Both the position numbers and the translations under genes were made by a program. Below, piece after piece: positions 30,001 to 36,865 of a DNA stretch of 64,000 nucleotides. Location of the stretch: positions 64,001 to 128,000 of the IMG/VR virus record IMGVR_UViG_3300009183_008543; one strand, written 5' to 3'. The stretch comes from a virus. The notes under the pieces are model-generated. The model searched no databases. It saw nothing but the letters and a program-made list of their open reading frames with translations, and had not been told where the DNA came from. Each line of letters opens with the position of its first letter. Position 1 is the stretch's first letter.

Positions 30001-31977
30001 TGTATCGCCACTAGCTCTCTCCAAACAGATGAAGCAAACTGCGGAACTTGCGGAAACACTTGTTCCGGAAGCCAAACATGTTGCTCTGGATCATGTATCG
30101 CCACTAGCTCTCTCCAAACAGATGAAGCAAACTGCGGAACTTGCGGAAACGCTTGTGCTGCTGGTGAACTATGTTGTTCTGGTGTTTGCAAAGCCGTACA
30201 AACAGATGAAGCTAATTGCGGAACTTGCGGAAACGCTTGTGCTGCTGGCGAACTATGTTGTTCTGGTGTTTGCAAAGCCGTACAAACAGATGAAGCTAAT
30301 TGCGGAACTTGCGGAAACGCTTGTTCCGGAAGCCAAACTTGCTGCTCTGGATCATGTATCGCCACTATCTCTCTCCAAACAGATGAAGCAAACTGCGGAA
30401 CTTGCGGAAACACTTGTTCCGGAAGCCAAACATGTTGCTCTGGCTCATGTATCGCCACTAGCTCTCTCCAAACAGATGAAGCAAACTGCGGAACTTGTGG
30501 TAACGCCTGTAGTGCTGGCGAACTATGTTGTGGTGGTGTTTGTAAAATCGTACAAATAGATGAAGCTAACTGCGGAACTTGTGGTAACACTTGTGGTCTT
30601 GGTCAAGAATGTTGTAGTGGTGTTTGTAAATCATTACAAACAGATGAATTTAATTGCGGAACTTGCGGAAACACTTGTGGTGCTGGCGAACTATGTTGTT
30701 CTGGTGTTTGCAAAACCGTACAAACAGATGTAATAAACTGCGGAACTTGTGGTAACACTTGTGGTCTTGGTCAAGAATGTTGTAGTGGTGTTTGCACAGT
30801 ATTTCAAATAGATGAAGACAATTGCGGAAGTTGTGGAAACGCTTGTGCTGCTGGAGAAACTTGTTGTAATAGCGTTTGCACAGTATTACAAACAGATGAA
30901 GGTAATTGCGGAATTTGCGGAAACATGTGTGGTGCTGGTCAAGAATGTTGCTCTGGTGTTTGTAAATCAGTACAAACAGATGAAGCTAATTGCGGAACTT
31001 GTGGAACTGTATGTGGTGCTGGTCAAGAATGTTGCTCTGGTGTTTGCAAATCAATACAAACAGATGAAGAAAATTGTGGAACATGTGGAACTGCATGTGC
31101 TTCTGGCTACACATGTTGCTCTGGTGTTTGTAGAAACACAGCAACCGATCTCAGCAATTGTGGAACATGCGGAAGCTCTTGTAGCGGAACATGTTGCAAC
31201 GGCTTTTGCAAAGCGACATATGAGGATGAATTAAATTGTGGTGATTGCGGAATAGAATGTGCTGTTGGCGAAACATGTTGCTATAGCATCCTTTTGAACA
31301 CTGGAGTTTGCAAAGCCGTACTAACAGATGAAGCTAATTGTGGAACTTGTGGAAACACTTGTGCTGCTGGTTACACATGTTGCTCTGGTGTCTGCAAAGC
31401 ACTTCAAACAGATGAAGCTAATTGCGGAACTTGCGGAAGTGTATGTTCTGCTGGCTACACATGTTGTGATGGTGTCTGCAAAGCACTTCAAACAGATGAA
31501 GCAAACTGTGGAACTTGCGGAAACGCTTGTGCTGCTGGAGAAACTTGTTGCTCTGGTGTTTGTGCAAATACAGAAACAAGTTCATCTAATTGTGGATCTT
31601 GCGGACACGCTTGTGCTGCTGGAGAAACTTGCGAAGAAGGAATTTGCTCTCTGCCTCCACTAACAATAAAATTAGTTTTCCGTGCTTTCGCATGTGCAAG
31701 TAATTTTTCAAATCTTTCAAGTGAGCTTTCTGCTGGATCTAGAAGTGTTAGCTTCACAATCACTGTCAGTGGAACTACTTTTGCCAGTGGTTCTGTTTCA
31801 AACATTGGACCCGGAGGAGTTGCAGCAACCTTAGCATCAATTACGATTCCAACAGGAACATCATTTAATATAAATATAAGTGGATATGCTGGATCTGCAA
31901 TTATTGGTAGTACTAGAGCATCTGGTCAACTGACTTATACTGGTGCTGTTAAAACTGCAGATAATAATGCATGTTAA
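24013..31977 (+). CDS. Giant (2654 aa) cysteine-rich repeat protein, Stig1/MXAN_6577-type repeats; possible virion fibre
   Basis: Dozens of DxxNCGxCGxxCxxGxxCCxGxC units; Cys-poor, Ser/Thr/Gly-rich C-terminal ~105 aa; GGAG RBS. Confidence 0.85.
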   Translation: MIDPKLVENWNIIFALADKACGHFATYEAIVLVPRPCTGGSSAYWTLGTSCPDGCTSSPPSELPTNPPCDPNYPDNGTENDIIGCCGGIVEVECTGTCCNCGGVQCEPSETCCDNVCVDLQTDHDHCGGCPIVCEPSESCKNGVCKGACASSNCSWTWSEGCQADCAYVLLDGVYVQNQFCTEGSNCICPAAPAVTESSPLYVYISCVGNPRPSGVWSQTSTCPQGCTCPEEAPTTNGTTNGQVITHECVSCSPPCGEGQDCCGGECKNIYEDSNNCDGCGNVCPEATPTCCNGECCVSNNCCSVDGTNTCIDVMNDPNHCGDCITFCSGPETTTPQKCCHGECKFTETDNENCGSCDFPCPVGYTCCFGVCKELYGDDRLNCGDCGKTCPVGEFCKDGNCVDPCTLEECSYTWDAQTCTFMYNNPNGYKICSGTAVMKWVPTGPPSDPDSITGTCPGRWDTVVPCEYSDNCGCINGYGFEQTIGPCWEYTQECYCGQRNDVITPCGAIFPVLDPVIGWAGGTWEQLTDCDGCPKPVDPPAIPACMGQTYSFNCAGSWIYRPCPSCVCPINEPLREGTPNEKVSSPCKNCDPACGANQKCCNHVCKNILTDVRNCGDCGRDCGSAAGTACCRGTCVNTLTEELYCGGCNTVCAWSETCCNGFCKDTHTDPANCGSCGHPCAAGEVCCNSFCVNTNTDRNNCGSCPFVCPNADKCIDGRCVPCDPPCLEAGTACCNNSCIDILSDENNCGGCNIPCAGKCCNGSCVLDLNTMYNCGDCGIACPQMINQINLWQCCNGQCKNLKTDPENCGFCGRVCQEPPGDTFKVPKCFLGNCAEPECVCLGGETPGPDDVVFVSTCLGNTISCEGSCYFENVGGSWVLHEEPGGTGFSGSCGKEPDYTYCVDDKYACVGDIYYCVKPIEGQDMPTYCIPKPSFDPLAQALIGSYIGAENCAAGCSGDGSCPDGCANGLTCCNTECVDTQTDSANCGGCGGGPCASDETCKDGACTGCPSPCAEDESCCEGGTTCCKVCCNDGCCADTDHCGEGGACTPCECTAGQTCCGPNCCDPGKECCGSGSSATCCTGDQYCDGTGHCASCNPVCYPNETCCGASGCIANKCGDCPNSCPEGIVCCGLPHHEVCCGEGQTCVDNKCYGCTPPCSESQDCCDEVCTELGTDTDCTGCGAACGEGTKCCGGSCIDVMDDVNNCGGCGVVCEEDGATPLCCDGTPTANGTNENCLSCGDTADPDNATNPTSCCPKAVVVAGAPDTSTFFVTATNSDDKNCGGCGNVADTSPQVQEKCCAGEIVSLLTDPDNCGGCGVRVVDPMSCCPSWGPPNQFGDLPTPTSGPVNTQTDNDHCGGCNIPCNPIETGDDCPPPGAPPTTKCKDGTCVPCGTCKLPTEQQQAQLLGSQPTVWGSHTTIPCTYDGCPMPVTDPPTPAPPGKTCFGGCDYKAVGNVGNLSWELVGCECYDSCTLPECNASNPHATPCPSVGTCSGEGPCGGCLYDDYDHPSAYKCFAPWGHDTVSCGSLYNYSSTFGYCCTKDANHPNGGVLCLSGSCSGAAGDCEPCGGSCAAGLTCCGVFPNDVCLNLKTDESHCGSCTNVCAAGETCCNSSCKNTNTDNNNCGGCGIKCSGVSECCNGSCKVLNTPTNCGACGIVCTVLEPLCCNNNCTPSDEFNCGGCGRTCDAGEKCCDGECTEVMGDDESNCGDCGFTCASSGTCCSGECIENQCGTCPTACTEGQGCCGTPPNLTCTDLGTDENCISCGNACAAGTKCCFDGVENLCISVMGADKNNCGDCNIICENNERCEDGVCINLSEGCDPECVEGEECCEGTACCSLPEFQCCSGSCTAVFSFQTDSSNCGSCGNACAAGEQCCNGDCIATSSFQTDESNCGTCGNACSGSQTCCSGSCIATSSLQTDEANCGTCGNACGAGETCCSGVCKALQTDEANCGTCGNACGAGQECCSGVCKAVQTDSSNCGTCGNACSGSQTCCSGSCIATSSLQTDEANCGTCGNTCSGSQTCCSGSCIATSSLQTDEANCGTCGNACAAGELCCSGVCKAVQTDEANCGTCGNACAAGELCCSGVCKAVQTDEANCGTCGNACSGSQTCCSGSCIATISLQTDEANCGTCGNTCSGSQTCCSGSCIATSSLQTDEANCGTCGNACSAGELCCGGVCKIVQIDEANCGTCGNTCGLGQECCSGVCKSLQTDEFNCGTCGNTCGAGELCCSGVCKTVQTDVINCGTCGNTCGLGQECCSGVCTVFQIDEDNCGSCGNACAAGETCCNSVCTVLQTDEGNCGICGNMCGAGQECCSGVCKSVQTDEANCGTCGTVCGAGQECCSGVCKSIQTDEENCGTCGTACASGYTCCSGVCRNTATDLSNCGTCGSSCSGTCCNGFCKATYEDELNCGDCGIECAVGETCCYSILLNTGVCKAVLTDEANCGTCGNTCAAGYTCCSGVCKALQTDEANCGTCGSVCSAGYTCCDGVCKALQTDEANCGTCGNACAAGETCCSGVCANTETSSSNCGSCGHACAAGETCEEGICSLPPLTIKLVFRAFACASNFSNLSSELSAGSRSVSFTITVSGTTFASGSVSNIGPGGVAATLASITIPTGTSFNINISGYAGSAIIGSTRASGQLTYTGAVKTADNNAC
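29572..31640 (+). repeat. Near-identical coding tandem array of 84-bp and 93-bp units
   Basis: CAAACAGATGAAGCWAAYTGCGGAACTTGCGGAAAC recurs; 28-aa and 31-aa peptide variants. Confidence 0.9.
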
Positions 31978-32011
31978 AAAAACAGGCTTGAAAATCAAGC
32001 CTGTTTTTTTT
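31976..32011. terminator. Bidirectional intrinsic terminator
   Basis: AAAAAAACAGGCTTGA-AAA-TCAAGCCTGTTTTTTTT between convergent genes. Confidence 0.85.
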
Positions 32012-32030
32012 CTTTAATTTATAATTTTTT

Positions 32031-32333
32031 CTATTCTTTGTAGGCTACCCATCGGTTACGAACAAATAAAAGATTTGCAAAAAACCCGCAAAAGGCAGAA
32101 ATGAGATTTCCCGCAAACGGAACATATAGTTCGCCTACTGGATTAAGCACGAATGAAATTCCCAATGAAAACCAAAAACTGCTGCATTCATGGCAGAGCA
32201 TTGGAACATTAACATACGGTATCTTGGCTACCAAGTTTCTAAAAGGTCGTGCAACATCGGTATCAGACCAAGCGTAAGCGACACCAAGACATGTGACCAA
32301 ATAAATCAAAAACATCATAGGAAATATACCCAC
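32031..32333 (-). CDS. Small membrane protein with CxxC (DUF1360-like)
   Basis: Three hydrophobic segments; RPFR and LCHECSSFW. Confidence 0.6.
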   Translation of the reverse strand: MGIFPMMFLIYLVTCLGVAYAWSDTDVARPFRNLVAKIPYVNVPMLCHECSSFWFSLGISFVLNPVGELYVPFAGNLISAFCGFFANLLFVRNRWVAYKE

Positions 32334-32734
32334 ATATAGTCAAATTCTCGAACAACAGAGAAACTTCTGAATGTTTTTCCAACAATAGTCTTGTTGAAAT
32401 TAGCCCAAGCTTCATCACCAAGCTGAACCTTGAATACTTTGCCACCAATAGCATTGTTTACTCTTTTTAGCCTAATAGCTTCGAGTTCTTTGACTATCGC
32501 AGCCTTGTCCTTGTAATACTTTTCCAAGATATTCGGATCAGTAGTCACTTTATCTGAAAAGAACTTGCCAACCTTACCTCTGCATGAGCAGTTTGGGTTG
32601 GTCTTTAATGTTGTTAGGTCGGCAAGAATATCTGGAAATTCCGCCTTTAGTTCAGCGAATGAACTTTCGTCCTTGATGATCATATAGATGAGATCTGGCA
32701 TCGTGCCAAGATCTACAGTGATTGTAGTTTCCAT
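32315..32734 (-). CDS. Hypothetical protein with CxC motif
   Basis: TNPNCSCRGK; overlaps the membrane-protein gene. Confidence 0.7.
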   Translation of the reverse strand: METTITVDLGTMPDLIYMIIKDESSFAELKAEFPDILADLTTLKTNPNCSCRGKVGKFFSDKVTTDPNILEKYYKDKAAIVKELEAIRLKRVNNAIGGKVFKVQLGDEAWANFNKTIVGKTFRSFSVVREFDYMWVYFL

Positions 32735-32785
32735 AAAATTAATATAGTTTTATTGTTTTATTTTTTTGATTTTTAAAAATATTTT

Positions 32786-34148
32786 TTACAAATCAAAACA
32801 AATAGATCTACCGCCTCTAGCCTCAGACATGAATCGACTAAACAAAAGACCTTCATATACTGGATCTACATCAGTAATTCCAAGACAATAGCAAATTAAA
32901 GAACCACAAGCACTTCCCCTTCCGGGTCCAACAGCTTGAGTTCCATCGCCACCTATATTTTCTCTGCACCACCTTCTTGCTTCATCAGTCATCATCTTTT
33001 GAATAAGAAAATATGTACTAAAACCTTTACGAGTTATAAGGCTCAACTCTTCAATTATTCTATTTTTATACTCTGTAGTCATTGGCAAATTACGATGTTT
33101 AAATCCTCTCAAGACTTCATCCTTAAGCCTTTGGTCACAATCTGGAAATATAGGTAGTTTCAGACTTCTATCTAATTCGACACCTTTTGCTTTACGACAA
33201 ATCTCTACTGTATTTTTTTTAGCTTCGCAAAAAATTTCATAAGGAATAATATCTTTATAATCACTCAGCCACTTTTCATTAAGTTCTTCCTCAGATTTCA
33301 TCCATAGATTAGCATCCTGCAATTCGAAGAAATCCTGCATTGAATCTTCTTTCATTGCCCTTTGAATTTCTTTTAATGTTCTGTTGGTCTGAACCATCAA
33401 CATAAGTCTTTGCAAGTGACTATCTTCTTTACGGCAATAATGACAATCTTGCGTAAGAATAATCTTCAATCCAAATTTCTGCTTTGCTTTAACAATAAAA
33501 GCGTCATAAGGTTTTTGTTTAACAAAATCTAAAAGCATAATTTCAAGCAGATAATTTTCTTTACCAAACATCTGAATGTATCGTTCTATCATTTGAAATC
33601 CAGCTTCTTCTCCGCCAGCATCAAATGCTCTGCCAACTTCGCTGTTATAGCAACAACTTGTAAAAAATAAGCCTTCTTTATGCTTCTCAAGTTGTTCGTA
33701 ATTTACTCTTGGCTTTCTATAAAATCCTTTCGTCCAACCCCAAGATGTCAAACGAACAAGATTTTTATATCCAGTTTCATTGTATGCTATGGCTAATAAG
33801 TGTGGACTTGCTCTCAGTTCCAATAATTCACTTGGAGAGAGAGATTCAGAAAATTTTTGCATGTCTGACAAAGAAGAGGATTGCGGTTGCAATCTATTTA
33901 CATAAAGTTCCGCAGCGAATATGGGAGAAAGTTTATTTTTCCCATATTTATCACATATCTTTTCGCATGCTTTAATTTGTCTGGGAACTGCTCCCAACAT
34001 GCCATGATCACTAATTGTAAGAAAATTTTGATTTATTTCTGTAGCACGAACCGAATATTCTTCGCATGTTCCAAGCCCATCGAGGACGGAAAAATCGGAG
34101 TAACTAATGAAGGTGGAGATGTTCAAAACCAACAATCTCCACCTTCAT
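32786..34148 (-). CDS. dnaE: DNA polymerase III alpha, N-terminal (PHP) subunit of a split DnaE, interrupted by a 7-nt coding gap at 34100-34106
   Basis: AAGGAG then ATG 34148 gives MKVEIVGFEHLHLH*; the +1 frame continues SDFSVLDG, SDHG, AELY, HLL, SCC, QDCHY, GPGRGS, GITDVDP, LLFSRF and ends before PDID. Confidence 0.9.
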
Positions 34149-34157
34149 TGTTACTCC
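34097..34157. promoter_or_regulatory. 23-bp inverted repeat (one bulged base) covering the dnaE-N SD, start codon, HLHLH codons and coding gap
   Basis: mRNA GGAGUAACAAUGAAGGUGGAGAU-N14-AUCUCCACCUUCAUU(A)GUUACUCC. Confidence 0.9.
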
Positions 34158-34168
34158 TTTCGTAAATG

Positions 34169-34963
34169 TCATTGTTCAATCTCTTGTTTAGTTTGAAGCC
34201 AAATTAAAAATTCTTGCTTATCGTACTTTGCATTTTTACGACAATTCTCAGAAGCTGAAATTGGTCGTAAATTCTCCAGACAATTAATCAAAGACAAATC
34301 GTAAATCTTATGATCTGAAAACGCCTTTATTGGGAAAATATGGTCAATATGCCACTTTCCATTTTTTACCTTTTCATAATTCTCATGATTGATTATATGA
34401 TTTTGCAATTCTTTATAATCATAGCCAAGTAAAGCTGAAGTTTTAGACTTTTTTACTCTGCCAGTAACAGCCAAACTCATACTCAACAACTTATACGATC
34501 TCTGTCGAAATATCAAGTCCATTTTAAATTTCTCTCGATCATCAACCCATTCATAATGATTTTCTCCAGATCGTTTGGCAATTCCGCAATCCCAACATCT
34601 TTTACCTGTTCTGAAATTATTCCAAGAGATCTTTGCTTCTTTGCCACAAGAACAAATATATCGCATATTCTTGGAAGACTTTTCGTATTGATCCAAAAGC
34701 ATACAACCAACGGCTGCGAATTCAGATTTTATTTTTTCATGAGAATAAGAGAATCGTTCGCTTATTTTGCGAGAACCGCAATTTTTACATCTATTGCCAG
34801 ATTTGAAACTATAAAAAACAATTTTAGATTCGTTTCCACAAGAACAACGATACCTCATTGGTGTGCGAGCATTGATATAAGTATCTTCTAATAATTTGCA
34901 ACCATTTTTTAAGAAGAAACTTTGAACGAATTGATAGGTAAGTCTTTGACTTGAATATTTCAT
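34169..34963 (-). CDS. Free-standing HNH (homing-type) endonuclease with tandem zinc-ribbon repeats
   Basis: Two GCxLL...YxCSCG...RCxxCG repeats; WHIDHIFP...LENLRPI...NCRKN; GGAGG RBS before ATG 34963. Confidence 0.88.
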   Translation of the reverse strand: MKYSSQRLTYQFVQSFFLKNGCKLLEDTYINARTPMRYRCSCGNESKIVFYSFKSGNRCKNCGSRKISERFSYSHEKIKSEFAAVGCMLLDQYEKSSKNMRYICSCGKEAKISWNNFRTGKRCWDCGIAKRSGENHYEWVDDREKFKMDLIFRQRSYKLLSMSLAVTGRVKKSKTSALLGYDYKELQNHIINHENYEKVKNGKWHIDHIFPIKAFSDHKIYDLSLINCLENLRPISASENCRKNAKYDKQEFLIWLQTKQEIEQ

Positions 34964-34994
34964 AAAACCTCCAATATATTTAGTTGGAGGCTTC
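34964..34994 (-). promoter_or_regulatory. RBS-sequestering hairpin with late-promoter-like CTAAATA in its loop
   Basis: GAAGCCTCCAA-CTAAATATA-TTGGAGGTTTT-ATG. Confidence 0.75.
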
Positions 34995-35036
34995 ACAATT
35001 ATTTCAATCTTTTAGACGGTTCTGCAGAATTAAAAG

Positions 35037-35258
35037 TTATTTCTTAATTGATGCCTTTGTAGGTTCTTCAGACTGTATTTTTTTCCATTTTTCAAATTCA
35101 TCAGATAAAGCTTGAGCTTGAGCTTCAAGTTCTTTTAATTTTACCTGTGTTTTTTCATAATACTCTTTTAATTGTTGTTTAATCTGTTTTTTCTCATTGT
35201 GAATTTCAGAAACTCGCTGAGAAAAAGTGACAAATTCATCTGATAATAGCCAATCCAT
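35037..35258 (-). CDS. Small coiled-coil protein
   Basis: 73 aa with heptad pattern and AAGG RBS. Confidence 0.65.
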   Translation of the reverse strand: MDWLLSDEFVTFSQRVSEIHNEKKQIKQQLKEYYEKTQVKLKELEAQAQALSDEFEKWKKIQSEEPTKASIKK

Positions 35259-35269
35259 AATTTTTTCCT

Positions 35270-36847
35270 TTATTTCTTTTCTCGAATTCTTACATTAGCA
35301 GGATCATTATCGAAACATTCGAATACGACATCAGTACCATCATGACCTTTGGTGGAAAGAAAAACATCATTTCCCCAAATGAATCTTAGACCAACCAATA
35401 CATCTCGAACATAAGGCTCATGAAGCGGTCTGCCTTCAAATGTATGCTCAAGCATCAGATAGCCCTTACCACGATAATTAGGCTCTGTTAAACGAATATC
35501 TGGCAGTCCTCCATTTACATGGCGAGCCATCAACAATTTTTTTATCTTATTGTAATCATGACTTTCAAGAATCGTCTCTCCGCTTGGATAACGCTTATGT
35601 TCAAAGTATTCTTGTTCTCGACAGAAATCCTCAGTAAAAAATTCATGTATTAAAGTTAGATCATCGTAATACTTTCTAACTTCAAAAATCTTTTCCTTAC
35701 CAAGCATTGCCTTGGTATCCCATTTTTCTTTCTTACTAGAATTTGTGCAATCATCCCATTCATTGCCGAATTGACCTTTATCCCAACGATTGCGAATATC
35801 GGACAAAAGATTATATCCTAGCTTATAAGGATTGGTGCTATATTTTCCACCAAGAACACCCATCTTGTGTGCAGCGTATTCAATGATTCCAGAATCATGA
35901 GTCTTTTGACCCAAGCCGACATAACCCTGTTCTGCCATGATAACATGGTCAGTCATAGAAGCCCAGCCCTCGTTTAATACTTTGGTTTGTCTCTGTGGGA
36001 AAAAATAAATTGATTCTTCATAGATCATAGACATGATATCTTGTTGCCAAGGCTTAAGTGGAGCATTATCACGCAAAAATCCAAATATATCTTTAACTGG
36101 TTCTATAAAAAATCCAAGTTCCTCTGCAAGATCTTTATCTTTTACCTTTTCATTTTCTCTTTCTTTGAACTCTTTTGTGTTGATGTAATTATCCATATAG
36201 AAGCGATCACTATCAACTTTAAGTCTTTTTGGAAATCTATAATTTCTTTTATCAATAATATTTCTATCTTTGATAACTTTTTGATGCCAAGCCGATGCTC
36301 CATCAACCAAAGTATCGATGCGAAGTAAATAATCAAGAAATTCAGTAACCTTTTCCTTGCCCCATCTAGCCATATATTTTTTAATACGGCTACTATGATT
36401 TGCCATGTTGTTCAACATGTTTGTATCAGTAGCAGAAAAGTGAATATTATTTTTAAAGAAATCATTATGACCAGTGGCGTGAGCGATAACAGTCAGATGA
36501 TCCAATAATGTGTTGCTATCTAAGCAATAGATGTAACATGGCGATGTATTGATTACCATCTCATATATTTTATGCATTTGATTTTCATATCCACGCTGCA
36601 ATTCTTCATATTGCATGCCAAATGACCAATGTGGATATCGTACTGGAAAACCACCATACGCTGCTACTTCGGATATTTCATCGTAGGTAAGAAGCTGCAC
36701 TACGGTTGGATAAAAGTCCAAACCCCAATCTTTACAAACATTCAAAATTATTTGAGCATATTCTTTTAATTGTTTTGGAAGCTGAACTCCGGGAATTGTG
36801 TTATCGCCAATAAGAAGTGAAGAACCATGCATGAACTTATTAGACAT
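35270..36847 (-). CDS. spoVR: SpoVR/YcgB family protein
   Basis: GGFPVRYPHWSFG, KIYEMVIN, AHATGHNDFFKNN, YFFPQRQTKVLNEGWAS, NPYKLG. Confidence 0.95.
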   Translation of the reverse strand: MSNKFMHGSSLLIGDNTIPGVQLPKQLKEYAQIILNVCKDWGLDFYPTVVQLLTYDEISEVAAYGGFPVRYPHWSFGMQYEELQRGYENQMHKIYEMVINTSPCYIYCLDSNTLLDHLTVIAHATGHNDFFKNNIHFSATDTNMLNNMANHSSRIKKYMARWGKEKVTEFLDYLLRIDTLVDGASAWHQKVIKDRNIIDKRNYRFPKRLKVDSDRFYMDNYINTKEFKERENEKVKDKDLAEELGFFIEPVKDIFGFLRDNAPLKPWQQDIMSMIYEESIYFFPQRQTKVLNEGWASMTDHVIMAEQGYVGLGQKTHDSGIIEYAAHKMGVLGGKYSTNPYKLGYNLLSDIRNRWDKGQFGNEWDDCTNSSKKEKWDTKAMLGKEKIFEVRKYYDDLTLIHEFFTEDFCREQEYFEHKRYPSGETILESHDYNKIKKLLMARHVNGGLPDIRLTEPNYRGKGYLMLEHTFEGRPLHEPYVRDVLVGLRFIWGNDVFLSTKGHDGTDVVFECFDNDPANVRIREKK

Positions 36848-36865
36848 CTTATAAATCCTTAAATT

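Noticed and set aside
29572-31640. CRISPR-like or non-coding repeat array
   Set aside because: Units are multiples of 3, lie in one open frame and vary largely at synonymous or conservative positions.
24133-31805. Many overlapping alternative-frame and antisense ORFs (e.g. 29459-30559, 29895-30590)
   Set aside because: Shadows of the repetitive, stop-poor Cys-rich gene; no RBS or independent motifs.
34104-34106. TAG recoding (alternative genetic code) as the explanation of the dnaE-N stop
   Set aside because: Read-through stays in frame 0, gives non-homologous LLRFFRPRW... and stops again after about 30 codons. TAG also ends other genes normally (e.g. 20130, 13142).
34100-34109. Group I intron at the dnaE-N gap
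   Set aside because: The gap is only 7 nt, no register ends in the required terminal G, and no catalytic core is nearby.
34100-34135. ORF-track start MLVLNISTFISY for dnaE-N
   Set aside because: It is a TTG start lacking the HxH ligands; the strong SD and ATG at 34148 encode the conserved motif in another frame.
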